Both the position numbers and the translations under genes were made by a program. Shown piece by piece: positions 9,675 to 18,142 of a stretch of DNA of 64,000 bases. Numbering within the stretch: the stretch's first letter is position 1; the number at the start of each line of letters is the position of its first letter. Origin of the DNA: an uncultured Candidatus Sumerlaeota bacterium (GTDB lineage Bacteria > Sumerlaeota > Sumerlaeia > MVZB01 > JAJFLK01); contig CAZRCZ010000016.1 in NCBI GenBank assembly GCA_964598765.1, forward strand, positions 50,595 to 114,594, in the 5' to 3' direction. The notes below the pieces were generated by a model. That model made no database searches. It saw nothing but the letters and a program-made list of their open reading frames with translations, and was not told where the DNA came from.

Positions 9675-12600
9675 TTGTTGATTTTGAGTATCGCATCCGG
9701 AAATACCGCTTGGAAGCGAAGGGCATTGGGGTGGTTTGTTGCCTCTTTAGCCTTTTCTTTTGCCGCTTGGCCTTCCTCCGTACAAGCCGCCGCCGTCCTC
9801 ACCATTGATCCCATCACTTTCAACGTCGTCGGGCTTGACAGCAACGACGTCACCACCGGTCCGAACATCTTTCTGGTCGGCGGGCGCGTCACGAACACCG
9901 GCGATGCGACGGCCACCAACGTCGTCGTCACCTACGTTTGGGATACCTCGGCCACTTACATCAACCTCCAAACCGGTTCCCCTTCGGTGATAACACAACC
10001 ATCGCTGGCGGCCGGGGCGTCGGCCGATTTCTATTTCAATATTGAACTCACCCGAAACGCCGCCGCCTACGATACAGCCCGCCGATACCATATCGAGGCC
10101 ACCGCCGACACGCTGGGAACGGTCAGCACGCCGACCCCCCGCGAAATCTACGTCGAGCACCTTGTTTCACAGAACCGGAACAGCGTTTATTCCTTGACCG
10201 GTCCCACAAGCGTCCTTGTCGGTTCGACTTACACGTACACCTTGAGCGCCGCAACGGCCACCCAAGGTTACGAACAGATTGAAGACTTCGTCAACTTCCC
10301 CAATATCCTCTTTCAAGTTATTTCAGTTTCAACGACCTACACGGTCTCCGCCATCGGTTCGCCGATTGACAAGATTTACGGAGACGCATGCGGTTGGATC
10401 AATGACCCGACGAACATCAATTACAGGAAATGCGGCGGGAGCGGCAAAGCCGGCGGCGATCCGATCAGCACGACGTTCCAAGTGAAAATTCTCTCCGCGG
10501 GCACCGCGACGGTCGAAAGTCTGATTTACGACTTTTCGGGAAGCAGTTACCATTACAATACCGACTTTGGAACGAACGGGGTGTTAACAATCATCGCTGT
10601 GACGCCGACGCCCACGCCGACCGAAACGGCCACCCCGACGCCAACCCGAAGCTCCACGCCCACTCCAACCACGACCGCAACTCCTTCCCCCACCCGGACG
10701 GCGACGCTCTCGCCGACGCGTACCGCAACTTTGTCTCCCACGCGGACTGCTTCGCTAACCGAAACCAGCACGGGGACCCCGTCTCCAACGCGGACAGCGA
10801 CGCTCTCCCCCACGCGGACGGCCTCGCTGACCGAGACTAGAACGGCCACGCCATCTCCCACGCGGACGGCGACGCTTTCGCCGACGGCCAGCGCGACGGA
10901 GTCTCCAACGCGCACGGCTACCGAATCCCCCACGCGGACGGCAACACTCTCCCCCACCCGAACCGCCTCGCTAACCCCGACCGATTCCTCCACGCCCAGT
11001 CCGACCCGGTCAGCTACTCCTTCACCAACCCGCACGGCTTCTCTGACTCCGACCGACACCCGGACCGCGACCCCCTCGCCGACTCGCACGGCGACGCTTT
11101 CGGCAACCCAGACCGCAACCTTGACGGTGACCTTCACCGTCACGCCTTCTCCGACGCGCTCGGCAACCGAATCTCCGACGCGCACCGCGACGTTGTCTCC
11201 CACGCGAACCGCGTCATTGACCGCGACGTCCAGTTCCACGCCCTCGCCTACGCGTACGGCAACCTTGTCTCCGACAAGGACGGCTTCGTTGACGGCGACC
11301 TCCAGCTCGACGCCATCCCCGACGCGCTCGGCCACTTTGTCCCCCACGCGAACGGCCTCGTTGACCGTGACCAACACTGCTACTTCCTCACCGACGCGAA
11401 CGGCGACGGAGTCCCCCACACGCACCGCCTCCTTGACCGCCACGTCCAGTTCGACGCCTTCGCCCACTCGAACGGCGACATTGTCTCCTACCCGGACCGC
11501 ATCCTTGACTCCCACGGATACGGCCAGTCCCTCGCCCACGCGCACGGCCACCGAGTCCCCAACCCGAACCGCTTCCTTGACGGCAACCAGTTCAGCCTCG
11601 CCTTCGCCCACGCGAACGGCGACCTTGTCTCCAACCCGGACCGCATCCTTGACTCCCACGGATACGGCAAGTCCCTCGCCCACGCGCACGGCCACCGAGT
11701 CCCCGACCCGAACCGCTTCCTTGACGGCAACCAGTTCAGCCTCGCCTTCGCCCACTCGAACGGCGACTTTGTCACCGACTCGAACCGCGACTCTTTCTCC
11801 GACCCGCACGGGCACGCTTTCCCCGACGCGTACGGCCTCCTTGACCGCCACCCGAAGCTCAACGCGCACCGCGACTCGCACGGCCACCGGTTCCCCCACG
11901 CGCACGGCCAGCGGCTCGCCGACAAGAACGGCCACGCTTTCGCCCACTCGAACGGCAACATTGTCACCGACATCCTCGGCCTCCGCTTCGCCCACCCGAA
12001 CCGCGACCGCCACGCCGACGTGCACACCGTATACGGCTCTGGATCGCGCCAACGCCGACATTCCGGTGGTTGGCACGGTTACGGGGGATTACACCGACAC
12101 TTGGGCGAGCGACAATGTTTATGAGTCCATCAAGGAAGCCTTCACGGGCGGCATCAATCGGGCGATCCACAAGTGGACCATCCCGGTCACGCCCGGCGGC
12201 CAGAACTATGTCTTCTCCGTTGAGGGCTATCACGATACGAATGGAACCGACTATTTCAGCGTCGAGTATTCGACGGACGACGTGACGTATATTCCGATGG
12301 TCACGATCACCAAAACGGCGGATGATGACGCGCATCAGACGTTCGCTCTTCCGTCGGTGTTGCCTTCGGTTGTGTATATCCGCATTCACGACAACAGTCC
12401 TCCGTTCCCCGCGACGGCGCCGACGGCCACGACCGATAACCGAACGGCGCTCTTCATTGACGATATGTTTATTTCGTCGGATTTCCCGTGCCCGACGCCG
12501 AGTCCGACCCAGACTGCTACCCCGACGCCGACGCGCACCGCGACGCTTTCGCCGACGCAATCGGCGTCTCCCTCGCCGACCCGGTCGGCCACGCTTTCCC

Positions 12601-14498
12601 CGACTCGCACGGCCAGTTTGACGCCAACCCGCTCGGCCACGGCTTCGCCGACGCGGACCGCCACGCCGACGTGCACTCCGTATACGGCTCTGGATCGCGC
12701 CAACGCGGACATTCCGGTGGTTGGCACGGTTACGGGGGATTACACCGACACTTGGGCGAGCGACAATGTTTATGAGTCCATCAAGGAAGCCTTCACGGGC
12801 GGCATCAATCGGGCGATCCACAAGTGGACCATCCCGGTCACGCCCGGCGGCCAGAACTATGTCTTCTCCGTTGAGGGCTATCACGATACGAATGGAACCG
12901 ACTATTTCAGCGTCGAGTATTCGACGGACGACGTGACGTATATTCCGATGGTCACGATCACCAAAACGGCGGATGATGACGCGCATCAGACGTTCGCTCT
13001 TCCGTCGGTGTTGCCTTCGGTTGTGTATATCCGCATTCACGACAACAGTCCTCCGTTCCCCGCGACGGCGCCGACGGCCACGACCGATAACCGAACGGCG
13101 CTCTTCATTGACGATATGTTTATTTCGTCGGATTTCCCGTGCCCGACGCCGAGTCCGACCCAGACTGCTACCCCGACGCCGACGCGCACCGCGACGCTTT
13201 CGCCGACGCAATCGGCGTCTCCCTCGCCGACCCGGTCGGCCACGCTTTCCCCGACTCGCACGGCCAGTTTGACGCCGACCCGCTCGGCCACGGCTTCGCC
13301 AACTCGGACCGCATCGCAGACCCCGACCCCCTGCGTGCCGGGAATCTTCAATGATTACGCGGTTTCCGATATTCCGGTCTCCGGCGTGGTCAGCGGCGAT
13401 TACACCGACACGTTCGCCAGCGACAACGTCTATGAAGGAATCAAGGAAGTTCTGATCGGCGGCGTCTGGCAGTTGGAGCACAAGTGGAGCGTGGGGATCG
13501 CTCCGGGTTCCGATGTTCACACCTTCTTTGTCGAGGCGTTCCATCAGGTTCAGGTTGGAAACGACGCCTTCGTCTTCAGCTACTCGACCGACGACGTGAC
13601 TTATACGCCGATGCTGACCGTCACCAAGACGGCGGACGACAACGCGACGCAAACGTTTGATCTTCCGTCCTCCTTACCGCCGGTGATTTATATCCGAGTG
13701 GTTGACGACTTCCGTCTGACCACGCTGGCGAGCAACTCGGCCGACACGATCAACATTGACTGGATGTTCGTCAAATCCACCCGCACCTGCGGCCTGACCC
13801 CGACCCCGACGCGCACGTCCACGCCTTCGCCCACTTCCACGGTTTCACCCTCGCCGACGCGGACGGCCACGCTTTCGCCCACGCGGACCGCAAGTTTGAC
13901 GCCGACGGCTTCATCCACGCCTTCACCGACGCGCACCGGCACCCCGTCTCCCACTCGGTCCGCGACGGCCACGCCATCGCCGACCCCGTGCGAACCGGCG
14001 ACCTACATTGACCGCGCCAACGCCGACCTCCCCGTCGTCGGAACGGTCACGGGCAATTACACGAACACCATCGGAAGCGACAACGTCTATGAAGGAATCA
14101 AGGAAGTCTATAGCGGCGGGATTTGGCAGTTGGAGCACAAATGGACGATCCCGATCACACCGGGCGCCAATCAGCACGTCTTCTCCGTCGAGGCGTTCCA
14201 CACGGCCAACGGTCTGGACGACGTGACGTTTAGCTATTCGACCGACGGCACGACCTTTATCCCGATGCTGGTCGTGACCAAGACGGCGGACGATAACGGG
14301 ACGCAGACCTTCCTGTTGCCGTCATCCCTGCCGTCGGTGATTTACATCCGTGTCCGGGACAACAAACCCGCCCGAACCGGAGATTTGACCGCCGATCATG
14401 CCATCACGATCAACGTGGACGACATGTTCGTCGCGTCGAGCATCGTCTGCCCCACCCCGACGCCCAACGCCGTCAGAGATTGGGAACTCTTCGACTAA
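9675..14498 (+). CDS. giant secreted repeat protein: signal peptide, DUF11-like N-terminal region, long Pro/Thr/Ser linker, 4 copies of a ~190-aa Cys-bounded domain, conserved C-terminal tail
   Basis: 1607-aa ORF (TTG start) with a signal peptide (KRRALGWFVASLAFSFAAWPSSVQA|AAV). N-terminal VTNTGDATATNVVVTY is a DUF11-like signature. TPTPTPTETATPTPT...SPTRTATLSPT low-complexity linkers follow. Four domains each start CTPY/CVPG/CEPA...DRANAD and end ...DDMF(I/V)SS..C. The protein ends PTPTPNAVRDWELFD. Confidence 0.8.
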   Translation: MLILSIASGNTAWKRRALGWFVASLAFSFAAWPSSVQAAAVLTIDPITFNVVGLDSNDVTTGPNIFLVGGRVTNTGDATATNVVVTYVWDTSATYINLQTGSPSVITQPSLAAGASADFYFNIELTRNAAAYDTARRYHIEATADTLGTVSTPTPREIYVEHLVSQNRNSVYSLTGPTSVLVGSTYTYTLSAATATQGYEQIEDFVNFPNILFQVISVSTTYTVSAIGSPIDKIYGDACGWINDPTNINYRKCGGSGKAGGDPISTTFQVKILSAGTATVESLIYDFSGSSYHYNTDFGTNGVLTIIAVTPTPTPTETATPTPTRSSTPTPTTTATPSPTRTATLSPTRTATLSPTRTASLTETSTGTPSPTRTATLSPTRTASLTETRTATPSPTRTATLSPTASATESPTRTATESPTRTATLSPTRTASLTPTDSSTPSPTRSATPSPTRTASLTPTDTRTATPSPTRTATLSATQTATLTVTFTVTPSPTRSATESPTRTATLSPTRTASLTATSSSTPSPTRTATLSPTRTASLTATSSSTPSPTRSATLSPTRTASLTVTNTATSSPTRTATESPTRTASLTATSSSTPSPTRTATLSPTRTASLTPTDTASPSPTRTATESPTRTASLTATSSASPSPTRTATLSPTRTASLTPTDTASPSPTRTATESPTRTASLTATSSASPSPTRTATLSPTRTATLSPTRTGTLSPTRTASLTATRSSTRTATRTATGSPTRTASGSPTRTATLSPTRTATLSPTSSASASPTRTATATPTCTPYTALDRANADIPVVGTVTGDYTDTWASDNVYESIKEAFTGGINRAIHKWTIPVTPGGQNYVFSVEGYHDTNGTDYFSVEYSTDDVTYIPMVTITKTADDDAHQTFALPSVLPSVVYIRIHDNSPPFPATAPTATTDNRTALFIDDMFISSDFPCPTPSPTQTATPTPTRTATLSPTQSASPSPTRSATLSPTRTASLTPTRSATASPTRTATPTCTPYTALDRANADIPVVGTVTGDYTDTWASDNVYESIKEAFTGGINRAIHKWTIPVTPGGQNYVFSVEGYHDTNGTDYFSVEYSTDDVTYIPMVTITKTADDDAHQTFALPSVLPSVVYIRIHDNSPPFPATAPTATTDNRTALFIDDMFISSDFPCPTPSPTQTATPTPTRTATLSPTQSASPSPTRSATLSPTRTASLTPTRSATASPTRTASQTPTPCVPGIFNDYAVSDIPVSGVVSGDYTDTFASDNVYEGIKEVLIGGVWQLEHKWSVGIAPGSDVHTFFVEAFHQVQVGNDAFVFSYSTDDVTYTPMLTVTKTADDNATQTFDLPSSLPPVIYIRVVDDFRLTTLASNSADTINIDWMFVKSTRTCGLTPTPTRTSTPSPTSTVSPSPTRTATLSPTRTASLTPTASSTPSPTRTGTPSPTRSATATPSPTPCEPATYIDRANADLPVVGTVTGNYTNTIGSDNVYEGIKEVYSGGIWQLEHKWTIPITPGANQHVFSVEAFHTANGLDDVTFSYSTDGTTFIPMLVVTKTADDNGTQTFLLPSSLPSVIYIRVRDNKPARTGDLTADHAITINVDDMFVASSIVCPTPTPNAVRDWELFD
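10600..12018 (+). repeat. Pro/Thr/Ser-rich low-complexity linker coding region (SPTRTA(T/S)L(S/T) units)
   Basis: About 470 aa of iterated [ST]PTRTA[TS]L[ST] units. This accounts for the long spurious antisense ORFs rich in VRVGE. Confidence 0.7.
12019..13320 (+). repeat. near-identical 651-bp tandem duplication (2 copies) inside giant gene 1
   Basis: ORF-track peptides at 12070-12285 and 12721-12936, and at 12322-12621 and 12973-13272, are identical at a 651-bp offset. Only one nucleotide differs (12025 a vs 12676 t). The copies diverge after about 13292. Confidence 0.9.
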
Positions 14499-14654
14499 AC
14501 GGGGCGGACGGATTTGGGGGCTGAGCAAGCCTTTTCCGTTTCGCGCCGAAAGCATGTTGCCTAGGTTTCTTCCCAAGCGGGATGGGCTTCACAGGCGTAC
14601 CGCCTGAGCCACGGGGACGGCACGGGGAAGCGTCGGATTTTACCCCAATTAGTT

Positions 14655-14683
14655 TTTATCGGCTTGACATGCATGAAACTTTA
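14655..14683 (+). promoter_or_regulatory. conserved promoter-like motif TTATCGGCTTGACA-N6-AAACTTTA upstream of giant gene 2
   Basis: Same motif as at 9507-9535. Lies 98 nt upstream of ATG 14781. Confidence 0.45.
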
Positions 14684-14780
14684 GCGCAAAGTGAGGCTCG
14701 CCGACGAATTCATCCGAATTCGACCTCGGAGCCAAGGTTGACGAGGCTTCCAGAATCACATCCGCAAGGGGGTTTTGGCC

Positions 14781-17700
14781 ATGACCGGGAAAAACTTTCG
14801 CAGACACACGCTCGTGAAGGCATCCAGTCTCCAGTGGGTTCTGAAGACCCTTTTCGTCTGCTCCATTTTCGGTCAGGCAACCCTCGGCCTGCCGCAAATT
14901 AATCTTACGTTGGACGTCACCTCCACCGCCGGGCATGAGGGTTACGTTTCGGGCGACGCCACCAACGGAAACCTCAACGCCACCAAAGCCAACACCAGCA
15001 ATACCGCGTTGCGAATCGGAGACTTGGAGGACGGTTCCCTCCCTGATCGGGGTATTCGCTCGATTCTTGATTTCAACACCACGTTCATACCTTCCAACGC
15101 GACCCTCAGCACCGCCTCGCTGATCTTGACGCGAGGAGGCGCTCAGGGAAGCATTGATCCCGGTTTTTCCCCTCCTCCCATCATGGAGGTCAATACGGGG
15201 CTTTATGGAAGGCCCGTCGTAAAGACCGACGATTTTGCCGTCGTTTCCACCGTTTCCAACGCGGGAGATCTGATTGTAGGCGCTTTTGACGGCGACACAA
15301 CCCAAAGTCCCCTCAATCCCTCCGGCGTGGCCGCGATCAACCGCGCCGGCGGACCGGGCCGGGGCAGAACGCAAATGAAGTTTCATTATACCCCCTTGTC
15401 GGATGACGACGGGGTTTCCGATTACGTCGGGTTTTATTCCACCAAGAACGGCAACGCCGCCTATCATCCGATCCTGCGCGTCGCCCTCACCGTTCCCGCC
15501 TCCAACATTGTCGTCTTGCCCGGAGCCTTGGATTTCCTGAGTCAGGATGTGGACGCCGGCCAAACGGCCTCCCAAACGATCACGATCCAAAATCTCGGCA
15601 CGGCCAGTTTGACCATCAATTCGGTGTCACTCACCGGGACCAACTCTTCGGAGTTTGCGATCGTCTCGGACACCGGCGAGACAACGCTGGCGGTCAGCGC
15701 CACGCGAACGATTCAGATCGCCTTTGATCCGAGCCTGCCCGGTGGAACCAAGACGGCGAGCCTCACCATTTCCTCCAGCGACACCCTTGAGCCGATCGTC
15801 AACGTGGACCTTACGGGAGACGCGGTGGATCAGGAGATTGACGTTGTTCCTGACACGCTCAATTTCGGTTCGCGGCTTCTCGGCTCCGGTCCCAGCGCCA
15901 GCCAGACGGCCAACGTCAGCAACATCGGATTTGTTTCGATTTGGGGCGGGGGGGACCTGAACATCGGAAGCGTTTCTCTTACCGGAGCCGACGCCGGCGA
16001 CTTCAACATCACCGCCGATTCGGGCGAAAATCCCATCCTTGCGGGGGCAACCCGAACCGTTGACGTGGCGTTCAATCCCATTTCGTCCGTCGGCCCGAAG
16101 ACTGCGTATCTGACGATTACCTCGGACGACACGAATGAGCCGACCACCAATGTTTTGTTGCTCGCGACGGCGATTCTGGCGACGCAGACTCCAACTCCGA
16201 CCCCAACGCAATCGGCTACTTCCACTCCGACCGGCACCGCCACCCCTTCGCCAACGATGAGCGCCACACCGTCGCCGACGAGAACGGCGACCCCTACGGC
16301 AACCGATACCGCCACGTCCTCCCCGACCCGGACGGCCACGCCCAGCCCGACGACCTCGGCCACGCCGACGCCAACGACGACCGGAACGCCTTCGCCGACG
16401 CGCACGGCGACGCTCTCCCCCACCATCACGGCCACGCCTTCGCCCACGCGCACGGCGACACCTTCCGAAACGCAGACCGCGACGGCCTCACCCACTCGCA
16501 CGGCCACTCTGACGCCAACCCCGTGCGTTCCCGGAACTTTCACGGACCGCGCCAATGCGGACGCGCCGTTCCTGACGGGCACGGTCGTCGGCGACTACAC
16601 GAACACGCAGGTCAATGACGGCGTGTATGAATCGGTCACGGAAGTTTATTCCGCGGGACATTGGCAACTGAGATACCGATGGACGATTCCGATCACGCCG
16701 GGTTCGGACGTTCACACTTTCGCGGTCAAGGCATTCCACGACGTCGCGGTGGGCGCGCCGGATGACTTTGAGTTCGGTTATTCCTTGGACAACAGCAACA
16801 GCTATATCCCGATGTTCACCCTAACCAAGACGGCGGACGATGGCCAGTATCAGACCTTTGTCTTGCCTTCGGCATTGCCGCCTCTGGTTTACATTCATGC
16901 CGTGGATACGATCCAGTGGGACACCAATCCCTCGTCCGACCGCGCGACGACGCTCAGCGTGGATGACATGTTCATCACCTCGACGATCACCTGCGGCCTG
17001 ACGCCCACGCCAACGCAGACCGCGACGGCCACCCCGACCCGAACCGCGACGGCGAGCCCGACGGCCACGCGAAGCTCGACCCTCACGCCGACTTTGACCG
17101 CCACGCTCTCCGCGACGCGCACGGCCACACTCTCGCCTACCGTTACGGCGTCGGCCTCGGCTACCCGAACTTCCACACTTTCGCCGACGCGAACCGCGAC
17201 GTTGTCTCCGACGCGCACGGCAACGGCTTCGCGGACCGGCACGGCGACCACGTCCCCCACGCGAACGGCCACGCCTTCGCCGACTCGGACGGCGACCAAA
17301 ACTCCGACCCGCACGGCCTCGGCGACGCGGACAAGTTCGGCGACGAAGTCTCCCACCCGGACAGCGACGCCGACGGCCTCAAGCTCGGCGACGCTGACAC
17401 CGACACCCACGCGCACAGCCACGACCACGCCGACGCCGTGCGTTCCGGGCTACTTCATTGACCGCGCCAACGCCGACGCGCCGCTGATCGGCACGGTAGC
17501 GGGCGATTACACGGCGACATTGGCGAGCGATGACGTGTATGAAATGCTGACCGAAGCCTACAGCGGCGGATACTGGCAGTTGAAGCACAAGTGGACGATC
17601 CCGATCACCTCCGGTTCGGACATTCACATCTTCTCAGTCGAGGCGTATCACGGGACCAATACGACCGGTCAGGATGACTTTAGCTTCAGTTATTCAACCG

Positions 17701-17957
17701 ACGGATTGAGTTGGACGCCGATGGTGACGATCATCAAGGCGCGCGATACCAATGAGCCTCAGACATTCGCTCTTCCGGCGTCGTTGCCCTCGGTGATCTA
17801 CATCCGCGCGACCGACACGGTGAATTGGGACACCGATCCCAATCCCGACCGCGCGACGTGGCTGAAGGTGGACGACATGTTCATCGCGTCATGGATCAGT
17901 TGCGGTCAGCCGACGCCGACGCCCAACGCCGTTCAGGATTGGGAACTGTTCGAGTAA
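14781..17957 (+). CDS. giant secreted repeat protein paralog: signal peptide, two ASH/Hydin-like (choice-of-anchor-D-like) beta-sandwich domains, Pro/Thr linker, 2 copies of the Cys-bounded domain, conserved C-terminal tail
   Basis: ATG at 14781 is preceded by AAGGGGG. Signal peptide present. Two ~100-aa repeats (LDFLSQDVDAGQTASQTITIQNLGTASLTINSVSLTG...FAIV... and LNFGSRLLGSGPSASQTANVSNIGFVS...SVSLTG...FNIT...) resemble ASH/Hydin domains. Two C...DRANADAP...DDMFI.S..C domains are about 60% identical to those of gene 1. The protein ends PTPTPNAVQDWELFE. Confidence 0.8.
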   Translation: MTGKNFRRHTLVKASSLQWVLKTLFVCSIFGQATLGLPQINLTLDVTSTAGHEGYVSGDATNGNLNATKANTSNTALRIGDLEDGSLPDRGIRSILDFNTTFIPSNATLSTASLILTRGGAQGSIDPGFSPPPIMEVNTGLYGRPVVKTDDFAVVSTVSNAGDLIVGAFDGDTTQSPLNPSGVAAINRAGGPGRGRTQMKFHYTPLSDDDGVSDYVGFYSTKNGNAAYHPILRVALTVPASNIVVLPGALDFLSQDVDAGQTASQTITIQNLGTASLTINSVSLTGTNSSEFAIVSDTGETTLAVSATRTIQIAFDPSLPGGTKTASLTISSSDTLEPIVNVDLTGDAVDQEIDVVPDTLNFGSRLLGSGPSASQTANVSNIGFVSIWGGGDLNIGSVSLTGADAGDFNITADSGENPILAGATRTVDVAFNPISSVGPKTAYLTITSDDTNEPTTNVLLLATAILATQTPTPTPTQSATSTPTGTATPSPTMSATPSPTRTATPTATDTATSSPTRTATPSPTTSATPTPTTTGTPSPTRTATLSPTITATPSPTRTATPSETQTATASPTRTATLTPTPCVPGTFTDRANADAPFLTGTVVGDYTNTQVNDGVYESVTEVYSAGHWQLRYRWTIPITPGSDVHTFAVKAFHDVAVGAPDDFEFGYSLDNSNSYIPMFTLTKTADDGQYQTFVLPSALPPLVYIHAVDTIQWDTNPSSDRATTLSVDDMFITSTITCGLTPTPTQTATATPTRTATASPTATRSSTLTPTLTATLSATRTATLSPTVTASASATRTSTLSPTRTATLSPTRTATASRTGTATTSPTRTATPSPTRTATKTPTRTASATRTSSATKSPTRTATPTASSSATLTPTPTRTATTTPTPCVPGYFIDRANADAPLIGTVAGDYTATLASDDVYEMLTEAYSGGYWQLKHKWTIPITSGSDIHIFSVEAYHGTNTTGQDDFSFSYSTDGLSWTPMVTIIKARDTNEPQTFALPASLPSVIYIRATDTVNWDTDPNPDRATWLKVDDMFIASWISCGQPTPTPNAVQDWELFE

Positions 17958-18142
17958 GAGTCCGACGACAGCGCGCGGCCGACGTTTGTCTTGCGGTCTC
18001 GGAATAATACTTGACGGCTTCGGGCGACGGGAATAATTTTGAGGCGTTCTATCCGTGATGGATTGCCTGCGGGAATTTGAGATTACTCGAAGACCCGCGG
18101 GATTTCTTCCTCAACCTGCGCTCAGAGGGGACTTAAACTGCC

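Noticed and set aside
10600-12018. Considered whether the highly regular short repeats could be a CRISPR array
   Set aside because: The repeats are 27-nt coding units without unique spacers. They lie inside a single long ORF and translate to an [ST]PTRTA[TS]L[ST] linker. There is no leader or cas genes.
10553-13652. Long minus-strand ORFs (507 aa and 562 aa; VRVGE/RRRR-rich) overlapping giant gene 1
   Set aside because: They are the reverse-complement reading of the GC-rich Pro/Thr linker and tandem duplicate. They are low-complexity mirror ORFs with no start context, and the plus-strand gene has a signal peptide and coherent domain structure.
14649-17428. Minus-strand ORFs (313, 250 and 177 aa) inside giant gene 2
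   Set aside because: Same antisense artefact of the PT-rich, high-GC coding sequence.
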